From NCBI GenBank assembly GCA_964016885.1, contig OZ024742.1:259532001-259596000 (forward strand): DNA of 64,000 nt. The letters are read 5' to 3'. Shown piece by piece: positions 38,016-50,715 of the stretch; position 1 is the first letter of the stretch; every line of letters starts with the position of its first letter. The DNA comes from Eledone cirrhosa (taxonomy: Eukaryota). The notes below the pieces were generated by a model. It had not been told where the DNA came from. It did no database searches and saw only the letters and a program-made list of their open reading frames with translations. The translations under genes and the position numbers were made by a program.

Positions 38016-38969
38016 GACTTATACTGGCTATATGTAAATCTAAATCTGATTAATTAATCGATCTACGTGTGTAACTGCGTTATGTAGTAGAAGAGTAGCA
38101 CAACGGACTAGTAAAGTCTACTCTCAGCTCCCAATCTGGTGGCCATTTTGTTTCGTCTAAATTAAATGGATGTACAAGCTGACGTGAAGATAAGGGAAAG
38201 AAAGCGGAGATAAGATCGACGAGGGAATTGGATGATGATGATGATGGTGGTGGCGGCGGTGGTGGTTGTGGTAGGGAAGAGAAGGAGGATGAGGTGGGGG
38301 AAGAAGAGCTGGATGTTAGTAGCCATTAAGACGATGGTGGTGGTAGTAATGTTAGTAGTGGTGATGTTGGTGTGAGTGGAAGTAGTCACATCAGTGATAG
38401 TGATGGTAGTGAGGGCTGCTAGCGGTAGTGACATTCGTGGTGATGTTCGTGGTACTGATGTAGTGATGTCGGCGATGATGTTGATGATGATGATGATGAT
38501 GATGATGGTGGTGGTGATGGTGATGGTGGTGATGGTATAAGTGATACTGTTGGTAGTGGTGATGAAAGTGATGTTATTGGTCGTACTGGTGGTCGTGATG
38601 GTGATGTGGTGATGTTGGTGGTAATTTTGATGATGGTGGTGGTTGTGCTGATGTAATGATGTGATTGCTGTGATCTTGGCAGGGGCGGATGCGGTGATGG
38701 CCAAGATGGTGGTAATGGTGGAGGAAGTGGTAGTGTCGGTGGTGGTAGTTTCTCGTAGTGATAGAGGAGATAGTGAAGGTAGTTATGGTGGTGGTGGTGG
38801 TATGAGTGGTACTGGAGGTAGTGTGGGTGGTAATAGTAGTGGTGGAGCTAATGATGTAGTGATGTGTTGCCGGCGGTCAAATGATAATTATTTGTGTGTC
38901 GAATGTAATAGATACAGCCATAGATTTATCAATATGATAGATTGCTACGATAACTTCATCACATTTATA

Positions 38970-39060
<91 letters not shown>
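38970..39060. repeat. (TAG)n microsatellite, next to a degenerate (GGT/GAT)n tract at 38230-38860
   Basis: Direct reading. Confidence 0.93.
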
Positions 39061-39061
<1 letters not shown>

Positions 39062-39299
39062 TTTGTCTTTATCAGTGCCGTAGTCGTTAGTGTTGTCCTT
39101 GTTGTCGTTATTGCTGTTACCAGTATTGTCATAGTCGTTGCTGTTGTTGTCCCGTCCTGGTAGCGAGATGTCTAAGCTCTGATTCCTTTCACATTCTTGA
39201 AAATCGGGAGAAAATGTGGGCATCGTCCAGCTTGTGAAAAGCGGGGGAAAACAGGACATAAAACGATAATTCTACATTATACCTTCTTCTTTGCTCACT

Positions 39300-39550
39300 T
39301 ATTCCTGAGAGGCGGGGGGGGGGGTAGAGTCCTCAAAACTCCCTCCAGCGGGTCCTGTCAGAAGCAACTCTTTTCAGCAGATCCGGCTGGATCCCCAAAT
39401 GTGACCAACCAAGCTCATGGTTGTTATTCATCCATCTTGCTCAGGGTCTACTTCTGGGTCTCTTTGCCGTTTGGTTTTGTCCGTGAAATCTGTCCAGCGA
39501 TTCTTTCCTGAGACATTCTAACCACATGTCCATACTATCAGAGTTGTAAT
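39300..39550 (-). pseudogene. RTE-like LINE 3' fragment
   Basis: Minus-strand remnants YGHVVRMS and GKRPRSRP..RW, typical of the RTE ORF2 C-terminus. Confidence 0.55.
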
Positions 39551-40131
39551 ACATCATACCCAGTATTCAGTAATATATCATACCCATTTTCAAATTTTAA
39601 AGTGGTGAAGAAGAATATCATTGATGGAATAAAATGTATTTCCGTCGGTTTCGAAGATGAACGTTCTAGTTGTACCCTCAACATGCCTGTTCACGAAGTC
39701 AAAGTGTAAGTGGTTACGTTTTCCACAAAACACGTTTATCCTTAACTTACTTTTCAAGGGGATTCAGCATGCCACATTAAATTGCAGATACAGCCTATCC
39801 GATGAGCATCAATACAGTTTCCCTCAACCCTATGCCAATCATAAAACATAGGTCATCGCAAGGCTATGTTGAATTACACTTGCCCAATTTGTCAGACAGT
39901 GGGATCGTAACTGGGCCTTGATATGCTATTTGCCCAAAGCAATAATTGGAATTAAAAATATTGGTCAATAAATACAATCCTAAGAAATAATCCGTAGAAA
40001 CTTCCATTTGAAATTGTAATAGTTAAAAAGAATTTGGTATGCATTTCTTATTGAATGTGTATATAGTGAGTATATTAAACACATTTCAATATATGATTAT
40101 ATATACATGCGAATAGTTATATGTATATTTG

Positions 40132-40196
<65 letters not shown>

Positions 40197-40199
40197 ATG

Positions 40200-40368
<169 letters not shown>

Positions 40369-40383
40369 AAATATATATATATG

Positions 40384-40462
<79 letters not shown>

Positions 40463-41238
40463 AAAGAGATTGAGAGATAAAGAAAGATGAAGGAAATAAA
40501 ATAATATTATAGATATTATAAACATTCTAAAAATACCCATACATATATCACGGCTGTCTATCGGAATGTTTCACACATGGTGTACAAATCAAAGATTTTC
40601 TAGTAAATTATTTTACAATGTATAACTAATTTCACCCCTCCCAAACACGCATATTTTTATCTCATGAAATTAAATTCAATAAATTGTGCCTCTTTATATG
40701 TTTTTCTTCATTTTCTACTCCATTCAACACTTTTTGTAATCTGTTACAGATTTTGATATTTCTTTGTTTTCATGATTTTCATAAATTTAAAATTTTTGTT
40801 GCTTATGTTCTTTGGGGTTTTGGGTATATATTTTTTTTTTTACTTCCATCTCACTTTCTGTTTCTTACTACTACTTTCATGATCTTTACTTTTCAATTTT
40901 GTCTCTTGTTTTTCATCTGTTACTTCGATTTCGTTTATTTTAATCAGCGTTTCCGGTACAGCAGCCATTTTGTTCACTTCAAAACTTCGGTTTCAACGGT
41001 TTTTCATTTCAAACTGTGACATTTTCAAGTTCAAATTACCTTCAATTTAGCACTGTTTCGTTTCTTGTGGTTTTTTCGTTCTCTCTTTCACTATCTCTCA
41101 CTCTCAGTCTCTCTCTTACTCGTTCTCTCTATCTAGCTATCTCTATATATTTCTTTCTCAAATTCTCTATCTTTTTATCTATCTCTGTATGCTACTTTCT
41201 CAATTACCCCTTTCGCTCTCTATATATATATATTCTTG

Positions 41239-41295
<57 letters not shown>

Positions 41296-42174
41296 GTGTG
41301 CGCGCGCACGCGTATGTGTACGTGTATATAAATATGTTTATATATGCGCGAGTGTGCGCGTGTATTCGCAATCATATGCATTCATATGAGAAGCTTAGTT
41401 AATATATTATGTATATACGTATATATGTATGTATATATGTATGTATGTTATGTATGTATATATGCACCTTTCTTTTAGTTTGTACAAACACGCATGTATG
41501 CCTTTGTATGCTTCAACTATTTTCTCATCGGAAGTTGCATGTTAACTTTAGCGAAATGAGATAGTTGGGGGTAGAAGGGGATGAAGTGGAAACTGTGATT
41601 GTGTATATATATATATACTTGTGAGTGTGTAGACATACGTGTGGATATGTTTTATGCGTCGTGTGAACATATGAATACAGGCTAATGTAAATATATGTGG
41701 ATGCGTGTAAATGTGTGAATGGTTAAATGTGGGAGAAAAGGTGCAAGCGCATTTATATGTATATGTGTGAAAGTATGAATGTGTGTATAATGCAATATGT
41801 GAATGTGTGAATGTGTGAAAACGTGTATATAAGGGCATGTGTTTGTGTAATAGTGTAAATGAAGGGAAGAACTAGAAAGGGAATGCAATGAGAATTTAAC
41901 ACATATATATATGTGTGTGTGTATGTTTGTGTGTGTGTGTGTGTGTCAGTGTGTGTATGTGTGTGTGCATTTGGATGTGTAATGGAGTGGATGGAGGAAT
42001 GGCAGAAAAAGGAGTGAAGTGTGGTGGAATGGAGTGGTGTAATGAGAAGTGAAGTGTGGTGGTGTAGGGTGATGGAATGAAATTCAGCAAAATCAATACG
42101 TCGTAGTATTTTTTAAGTTTGGCAGGGGTTAAATATCATCATGTGTATGGGGGTGGGGGTATATTTGACGTGTA

Positions 42175-42460
42175 AGCGCCTTGCTTAGTGGTTAGAATGT
42201 TTGGCTCACGATTCTAATGTCGGGCGTTCAATTCTCGGCGGTGTGTTGTACCCGTGCTCAAAACGTTATATTTCACCTTACTGCAGTCCACATTGTTGGA
42301 TAAAATGATATGTGCCTGTAATTTAAATGACCTGTCTTGACACACAATGTGTTGCGCTGAATGTCTCCGTTAAGAGTACACGTGTCTATAGAATGCTCAA
42401 ACACATGCACGTTAATTTTACAATCTGTATATTCCCTTTATTAAATCAACTGGAACACTA
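42175..42460 (+). mobile_element. SINE family B (diverged)
   Basis: gcttagtggttagaatgtttggctcacg...gttcaattctcggcgg...gcacgttaatttt. Confidence 0.6.
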
Positions 42461-43240
42461 TAGTTTTGATATTGATATATCTCAAGCCAAGGCCATCCAC
42501 GAACTCAAGCAAAGTTTGTCCACAAACATACACTATCTTTACCTACAAGATACAAACCAGACAAGACATAAAGAAAAACAAATTCCGACTTTTACAACCG
42601 TCCCCAAAACACTCCCACTGTAAAAACAAGCGTCCTACAACAATCACGGATATCGAGATAACGTTCTATTACGTGGTTTCTATAATATTCCTTCTTTACA
42701 TTGACTATTTACTGCAACGATTATCGAAGCTACTAGCTTTTTCAAAAGTAAATTTATATATGCACAGAATAAAATTAATCATTTTTCTATCCATTTTCAG
42801 TCAACTAGTTTATCTAGGAGATAAAGGAAATATGTTTCCTTGCCTTGGGTATATTAAGCTCAGGCTTAAGTTATTTCAAACAAAAACGTTTATAAAGAAC
42901 TGAAGACATTTTTTTAGAAAAGTTTAAATTACGATTCATCTTTCAAGCCACCCATTGTTTGTTTATAGTTTAAAGTTACTTTAACTTAGAAGTCAAAGTA
43001 TTCCATGAAATTGTGAATATCTAAAAGAATGGTAACACTATGAAGACATTGATTTCGTGAAACATAGAAAGTGGCAAAATTCGAAAATTATAATTGATTC
43101 TCACTTGTTAACTTGAATCTTGCTTTAGACTGATTTAATCAAATGGAGTCAGCAAGTCTGTTTCTCACTGAAATACTGAAATACCGCTACTATACTATAT
43201 TCCTCAATTTACATGATAATGAGAAAATGTGCGTACTCAT

Positions 43241-43291
<51 letters not shown>

Positions 43292-43895
43292 TTTCTGTCT
43301 ATCTATCTCTATCTTTCTCTCGCTCTCTCTCTTTCACTCTCTCTATCGATCTCTTTCCTTCTCTTTCTCTCTCTCTCACCATCTCCAGCTTTCTCTCTCA
43401 CTTTTTCTCTCTCCATCTCTTTCACCCTCTCTCTCTCTATATATATGTATATATATTATATAAATGTATAGAGAGATAAAGTGACAGAGAGGGACAGAGA
43501 GGGGGGGGGGTCATACAGAGGGAGGGTCAGTATGAGTGTGTGTTTAAAATATCATATTCGAAACACTCAAAATTTATCTGAATAAGCTTGCAGCATGTAT
43601 AGCGTGAATTTTATTTTCTGAGTAGAAAACTGGCAGTGACTTCGAAGTTTCAACTTAGTAAAATTGGTGTGTCTATGTATCCCTTTCCCTCTCGTTCTCT
43701 CTGTATCACGCACAACTACCGATTCCCCCTTCAACACACACGCATACAACCCCACGCCACCCACCCCTACCTTCCACCCTGCCCCCTCCACCCTGGACTC
43801 CCCCACCCCCTATATTTAGATATATTATATATATGTGGGGCTTTTTTATTTCCTTTCTAACCTCCTCTAACTACTCTTACGAACTTATGCGCACT

Positions 43896-43928
43896 TTCCT
43901 AAAGAAGGACTTTGTCCGAAACGTCGAA
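43896..43928 (+). ncRNA. Degenerate minimal hammerhead (same family as 32487-32520)
   Basis: UUC-CUAAAGA-AGGACuuuGUCC-GAAA-CG-UC-GAA; core G5 changed to A. Confidence 0.5.
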
Positions 43929-44056
43929 CCCCCCACACACACACTTCCACCAAGCGTGAACCTAATATAACTGTGAAAAACTTGCCTGCTGTGTTTTGTT
44001 TGTTTCATTTATTAACTATATACTGTATATATATATATATATATATACACACACAT

Positions 44057-44119
<63 letters not shown>

Positions 44120-44948
44120 CATATATATATATATACATACATATATATAAGGGGTAACACATGTTTTTCTCAATTGAGATTGCTATAGGAGTAACTCGGA
44201 GGCCAAGATATTCGTGACAAGTAACTTATCAAACTGTTTTACAAGTTTGACAAGTGCCTTCACACGAAATTCTCTATCTTCAAGTCACGCCTGAAGCAAT
44301 CTCATCTATTAACAGATTATATATACACTGTATACATTCTACATACAAACACTATTTTCATGTTTTCATTACACTTGCTTGTGTGTGTAAGAGAGTGTGT
44401 GTGGGGGGTGTCACTGTGTTTATGCATTTTTACAGCCACACTTCAAATCAATGTTTAGTGAAACCAACCTCCTACTCCTTTTCTTCACCATCCATCTCCC
44501 CTTCTTGTTCACCCTCCATCTCCGCCACAGAAGATGACGAAGAAGCTACTGATGTGTCAGTAGTATTTCCTCCGCCTAAGCTAGCCGTTAAAATCAGCTG
44601 AAGTCATAGCAACGGTTGTTTGAGAATTAATTCCAATTGTAAAGAAATTTAATATTTTTCTCAGAGTTCTTAAATGTCATGCCAAATATTACTAAAAAAA
44701 AATAAAAATAACAATATATAAATTTAAATGGTATATTTAATAATAACTAGAAATGTCAATATGAATTTAAATAATGTTAAAAATACTAAAAACATAATAA
44801 ATTAAATAGTAATTTTTAAATAATTAAAAATAATAACAATTTGAATCATGATTTAAATAACTGAAAATTAATATCAATTAAAATAATAGATTTTCAATAA
44901 CTAGAAATTATAACAATTCAAATTAAAATATTTCAATAACTAAAAATG

Positions 44949-45010
44949 ATTTCTTTATCAGCCAAAAGGGTTTGCACATAAAATACAGTAAATATTATAA
45001 TCAAAGGGGT
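44949..45010 (-). mobile_element. Tx1 extreme 3' end next to a decayed (TAA)-rich tract
   Basis: Minus strand tatgtgcaaacccttttggctgataaagaaat matches the Tx1 end tatgtaaacccttgtggttaataaagaaag at 17003-17035. Confidence 0.55.
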
Positions 45011-45189
45011 TAGATTGCATGTGGGGCTAGACAGACAATGTTATATATATTATAGTAAACATAATAAACATGTAGGTTGAACAAACAATGTTATATATAA
45101 GAAACTAAATATTATAAACATAGGGCTTACATTATATATTAGGCTGGAAAGATGATGTTATAATACAGTAAATAATATAAACGTGGCGG

Positions 45190-46060
45190 CAGAGGGACCT
45201 GACACCCTACTCGGCGTCAAATATACAAAGAGGAAGAGGTCGTCTGGGACTGGTTTGGAGATTCTTCTTTCAATCAGACCCATAGACATAAAAAATATCC
45301 CGGACCACATGACACTTCCGGACCGGTACGAAGTCTAGGTAAACAGGCGCACTGTTTCGTTTGTGGTGAAACTACACGCCTGCAAGCGAAAATTGCAAGG
45401 GGCCACAAACCTCCGTTGTTGCCAAGACCGGTACCGAGACAAAAGAAAACACCAGCACCAACTGCAGGAACAATACCAGCAACGACCAGTAAAACCACTA
45501 AGAAGGGCCAACAAAAGATTTATGGCCCTTGTAACACGAAGTCAAGACATTGAGAAAGAGGGACAGATATTTGGCACCTGCACCTTCAAAGTGCCCCAAA
45601 CACTGCTGATGGTGTGGATACCAATAAACACTTACAAACACATTAAGGAGAGCATTCCCGACGACGTGGTCACCCCTAATGGGAAAGCCTCGAGTAGGCT
45701 TTTAAAGGGTGTTACAAATAGAAACCCCACTAACCATGGATGTCGAACGACCCGACCTCCATAAGCGCCTTGGAAGGTAAATAAACTGTTCCTCTCTCTT
45801 TTAGCCTGTCAACATAGCAATCCTAAGAGTAGGATATTTAAATATTCGTGGCTTGGAGGCGTCCTGGAAGCATTGTCGCCTGCTGAACGACCACAGGTTA
45901 CTATATATGGGTGTGTTTGCCGTCAGCGGACCAGGATTTCCGACAGGCACCGGGAATGAGAGGTGGGTGGCAGTGCTGTTTAAGAAAGGCCTGGATCTCG
46001 AGGTAAGACCGATCTTCCGGGACATGGACGATATGTTGGTAGTCCGGGACATGAACAACA
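45190..46060 (+). pseudogene. Old Tx1 fragment (ORF1 knuckle + start of APE)
   Basis: HCFVCGETT; ILRVGYLNIRGL...LLND; VAVLFKKGLDLEVRPIFRD. Confidence 0.7.
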
Positions 46061-46062
46061 TC

Positions 46063-46682
46063 GAATTGGCAGCATCGGACAACATGCTTTACGGCATATA
46101 GTTATGTTCTGAGTTAAAATCCCGCCGTGGTTAGCTTTGCCTTTCATCGTTGCGGGGTCGATAAAATAAAGCATTATTAATGCACTAGGGTCGATTTAAT
46201 CGACTTTCCTATCCCCTTCCAATTACTGGCCATGTGCCTAAAGTAGAAACAATTATTAAAGGGAGGTAGGGCGGAGGATTGGCAGTATCTATAGAGTGTC
46301 AGACATAATTCGCATAGAGTTACGGCCCTTTACGTTCTGGGTTCAAATCCCACCGAGGTTAGCTTTGCCTTTCATCCTTAAGGGGTCGATAAAATAAAGC
46401 ATCAGTAATGCACTGGGTTCGATTTAATCGACTGTTCCCTCTCCTTCAAATTGCTGGCCTTGTGCCTAAGGTAGAAACAATTATTAGAGTTTTGGACAAA
46501 TGCTTAGACGTATTTGTTTACTTTCCTAGTTCAAAGCCTTCCGAGGTCGACCTTGCCATTCAGCTTTCCGAGGACAATAAATTTAAATACTAGTCATGTA
46601 TAGGAGTCGATGTAATCTACTTTCCACACGACCTACACACAAAATTGCTGGCCTTGTGCCAATATTAGAAACATATATTATT
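46063..46682 (+). mobile_element. Three tandem SINE family A copies (46063-46257, 46270-46486, 46490-46682)
   Basis: Each has a B-box, the tttgcctttcatc-like body and the ggcc(a/t)tgtgcc...agaaac tail. Confidence 0.8.
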
Positions 46683-46918
46683 TGGAATGTGATGTTAGAC
46701 AAACCTTCATAAAGTTGTTGTTGCTCGTCTTAGTAATTTTGTTTTATTTTCCTGGTTGTGGTTTTATTTTTAAATCTTTTTTTCTTTTATTCGTTGTTAT
46801 ATTACTTTACATGGCGTTTCTCTTGTATCTAGTCTCTTAGGTTGTTTTCTTTTTAATTTATTTAATGTTTTTATCTATTATGTTTGTATTCTGGCTGCAT
46901 ATAGCATTAGTGTAAGAG

Positions 46919-47664
46919 ATGGTTGTTGTTGTTCGTGGTGTGGTTAGTGGCAATAGTGTTGTTGCTGGTGGTTGTAGTAGTACTATTGTTGGTGGTGGTG
47001 GTGGTGGTAGTATTGGTGCTGGCGCTCGTACTAGTGCTGGTGCTGGTGCTGGTATTGGTGGTGGTGGTGGTGGTGGTGCTGCTGCTGCTGCTGGTGCTGG
47101 TGCTGGTGCTGGTATTGGTGGTGGTGGTGGTGCTGCTACTGCTGCTGTTGCTGCTGCTGCTGGTGCTGGTGCTGGTATTGGAGGTGGTGGTGGTACTGGT
47201 GCTGGTGGTAGTATTGGTGCTGGTGCTCATACTAGTGCTGGTGTTGGTGCTGGTACTGGTATTGGTGGTGGTGGTGGTACTGGTTATGGTATTGGTGGTG
47301 GTGGTGGTGGTGGTGGTGGTGGTGGTACTGGTGCTGGTGGTGCTGGTATTGGTGGTATTGGTGGTGGTGGTACTGGTGCTGGTGGTAGTATTGGTGCTGG
47401 TGCTCGTACTAGTGCTGGTGTTGGTGCTGGTACTGGTATTGGTGGTGGTGGTGGTACTGGTTATGGTATTGGTGGTGGTGGTGGTGGTGGTGCTGCTGCT
47501 GCTGCTGCTGCTGGTGCTGGTATTGGTGGTGGTGGTGGTGGTGGTACTGGTGCTGGTGGTAGTATTGGTGCTGGTGCTCGTACTAGTGCTGGTGTTGGTG
47601 CTGGTGCTGGTATTGGTGGTGGTGGTGGTACTGGTTATGGTATTGGTGGTGGTGGTGGTGGTGG

Positions 47665-47696
<32 letters not shown>

Positions 47697-48186
47697 GTAT
47701 TGGTGGTGGTGGTGGTACTGGTTATGGTATTGGTGGTGGTGGTAGTGGTGGTGCTGCTGCTGCTGCTGCTGGTGCTGGTGCTGGTGCTGGTATTGGTGGT
47801 GGTGGTGGTGGTGGTACTGGTGCTGGTGGTAGTATTGGTGCTGGTGCTCATACTAGTGCTGGTGTTGGTGCTGGTGCTGGTATTGGTGGTGGTGGTGGTG
47901 GTGGTACTGGTGCTGGTGGTAGTATTGGTGCTGGTGCTCATACTAGTGCTGGTGTTGGTGCTGGTGCTGGTATTGGTGGTGGTGGTGGTGGTGGTACTGG
48001 TGCTGGTGGTAGTATTGGTGCTGGTGCTCATACTAGTGCTGGTGTTGGTGCTGGTGCTGGTATTGGTGGTGGTGGTGGTGGTGGTGGTGGTACTGGTACT
48101 GGTGGTAGTATTGGTGCTGGTGCTCGTACTTGTGCTGGTGCTGGTGCTGGTGCTGGTATTGGTGGTGGTGGTGGTGGTGGTGGTGG

Positions 48187-48226
<40 letters not shown>

Positions 48227-48290
48227 ATTGGTGGTGGTGGTGGTAGTGCTGGTGCTGGTGCTGGTGCAGGTATTGGTGGAGGGAAATTAG
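46919..48290 (+). repeat. Higher-order NNT-triplet minisatellite (90-bp unit), open as a Gly/Ala-rich ORF
   Basis: Exact 90-bp period at 47821/47911/48001; translates to GGGGGGGTGAGGSIGAGAHTSAGVGAGAGI repeats. Coding status unproven. Confidence 0.8.
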
Positions 48291-48325
48291 TGAGGATTTT
48301 AGTGGCGTTGTTAGTTCAGGTTATG

Positions 48326-48392
<67 letters not shown>

Positions 48393-48515
48393 AGGTGGTG
48401 GTGGTAGCGATGGTGTTATTAGCATTGTTGTTGTTTAATCTCCTATTTAATTCCAGACTGAAATTTTTCTTCCTAATCTCCAATTCGTTCTCTCTCTCCC
48501 TCTCTCTCCTCCTCC

Positions 48516-48583
<68 letters not shown>

Positions 48584-48919
48584 CTGTATGTATATGCGTA
48601 TACATGAGTGTTCAAGTAAGTGCGGTTGTATGTTTATATATAGGTATGTTTATGCCTGCATAGTCCATTGTGTGATAGATATCTGTGTATGTATGTGTAT
48701 AGGTGTGTGTATTCCGTTGAGAGATAACAGCCAAATATATTCGCATTTTATTAGCTTGGTCCTCTGAGAGAAAAAGCTGACATGTAGGAAGGCTTGTAAG
48801 AAAAACTAGACTTGGCTACAATTGGATAGAAAATATTTGTCTTGGAGCACGAATCTGTCTTTGGTGGAACTAATCAATATATTCTTCCAAACAAGCACAC
48901 TGTACTAAATTTGAAATTG

Positions 48920-49026
<107 letters not shown>

Positions 49027-49113
49027 CATACGTATATATATGTGTGTGTGTGTGTCTGTGTGTGTGTATTTAAATATAATTGATATGCATATATCTATAT
49101 ATAAATATATATA

Positions 49114-49174
<61 letters not shown>

Positions 49175-49205
49175 ATTGTGTACCATTTTCTTGATATTTG
49201 GCAGA

Positions 49206-49290
49206 CGACCACCAATACGTTTCGATTTCGGATTTAGCCAAGATTTTCCTTCTATTGTTTAATGCTACGATGAAATTCTTAAGTTAGTCG
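49206..49290 (-). ncRNA. Degenerate type I hammerhead
   Basis: CGACUAA-CUUAAGA-AUUUC...GAAAUC-GAAA-CG-UA-UUGGUGGUCG; core G5 changed to U. Confidence 0.45.
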
Positions 49291-49398
49291 GAGGTCAAAA
49301 GATCAAAAGTCTTACTAGGTCATTACTACAGATCAAATTGCTTCATATTGAGGCATGTTTACCAGACACATCCCCATACATTCCGATACACACGCACG

Positions 49399-49459
<61 letters not shown>

Positions 49460-49569
49460 CTATTTTCCTTTCGTACGATAATATTTGTAGTCACTTTTAA
49501 CATTACAACTTTGGATGTTAATGTTGATATTATGACTTTCCCCGGTCGATTCAGAGTGCTGCGAAAGGC

Positions 49570-50317
49570 CGATAACGTCAGTTGAGATTCAGGATGCCCT
49601 AGGCAGTTGTACGAGGCGCAGGTCGTCGGACACTGGAAGGCCGGACTTTTAAAGTTACTTGGGGTCTCATTCGGACCAGATCACCAGGTGAATTAGAAGT
49701 GGAACGAGGTATCTAGCAGGGTGGCTACTCTCACCCAGAAATTGGCCAAGTGGAAGTTATCCCTGAAAGGTCGGGTGGAAATGGTGAGCGTATATATGAT
49801 GTCCCACATCTAGTACCGCCTGTCTCATGGTCGTAGCGAAAGCGGTTGTGCGGTGGACGAAGTTGAAAAGATTGAATACAGACGCTTTTCCCTTCGGCTA
49901 ATGCTTCATCAACCTTTTCAAATTTCACTTGGAAAGGAATATGAGGTGGAGAGGGAAGTGCTGCCTCTCACCACATTTGCTAAACGGTGGGTAGATGTTG
50001 CGTGAATAGCCCGTGTGAATTGGCCTCCTCTGAGCATACGCCTGTATGCTGGACGAATTTAAGAGGAGAAGGGCGCCCTTCCTCGGGTGCTCTCGGAGCA
50101 TCGGGTGGTTCAGCATTGGTGGAGTACCTGAGTCGAACCTGGATGGTTCTCCTCCGCTTTGTGGAATTGCTATTGTTATATTTTTATTGTTTATGGTTAT
50201 TCTTTTATATAATTTTTTACTCGATTTTATTGTAAACCCTTATTGTCCTTGTCTATTGTATTGTCTCCAATTATGTAGGCCCTTGTGGCCAATAAAAAAA
50301 CCTACATTATTATTATC
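49570..50317 (+). mobile_element. Decayed, internally deleted Tx1 3' fragment
   Basis: KLLGVSFGPD..WNEVSSRVA..KLSLKGR; 3' end cccttgtggccaataaa followed by (ATT)n. Confidence 0.8.
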
Positions 50318-50399
50318 AATTTTATTCTCTTTCATTATTGTTTCTGAGATATATGCCAAGTGTCTTCCTACACCTAGGGCAAATTAATTCAGTGTGCAT

Positions 50400-50697
50400 T
50401 AGTAAGCCAGTTAATACAGCACATTGATTAAAAAATAAATAAAAAACAGTATACATATATACACATGTGCATATCAATCTTCCAGAGATAGTGCTCTTCT
50501 CAATACGTGTGCGGTACCAGTCAAAACAATTTTTTGCACCTCGTGCAGAAGGGTAAATCAGGAATCATTCGCAAATATTGATCTGTTCCTTTCTTGATCA
50601 TACCCAGTCCTCCCACAATCACTGGTATTGTAACGTCTTGAGGCGCCACGTTTTCTCAATTTCAATAAGCAGATCTTTATATTTTCGTAGCTTGTCA
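50400..50697 (-). mobile_element. R4/Dong-clade 3' fragment, family 3
   Basis: DKLRKYKDLLIEIEKTWRLK...LGMIKKG...QKIVLTGTAHVLRRALS. Confidence 0.75.
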
Positions 50698-50715
50698 TTA
50701 TTATTATTATTATTA

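Noticed and set aside
38162-38972. Thr/His-rich and Gly/Val-rich ORFs
   Set aside because: Degenerate (GGT/GAT)n simple repeat without modular structure.
46907-48290. Alternative poly-Val/Leu (+) and poly-Thr/Ser (-) ORFs
   Set aside because: Shadow frames of the same triplet repeat.
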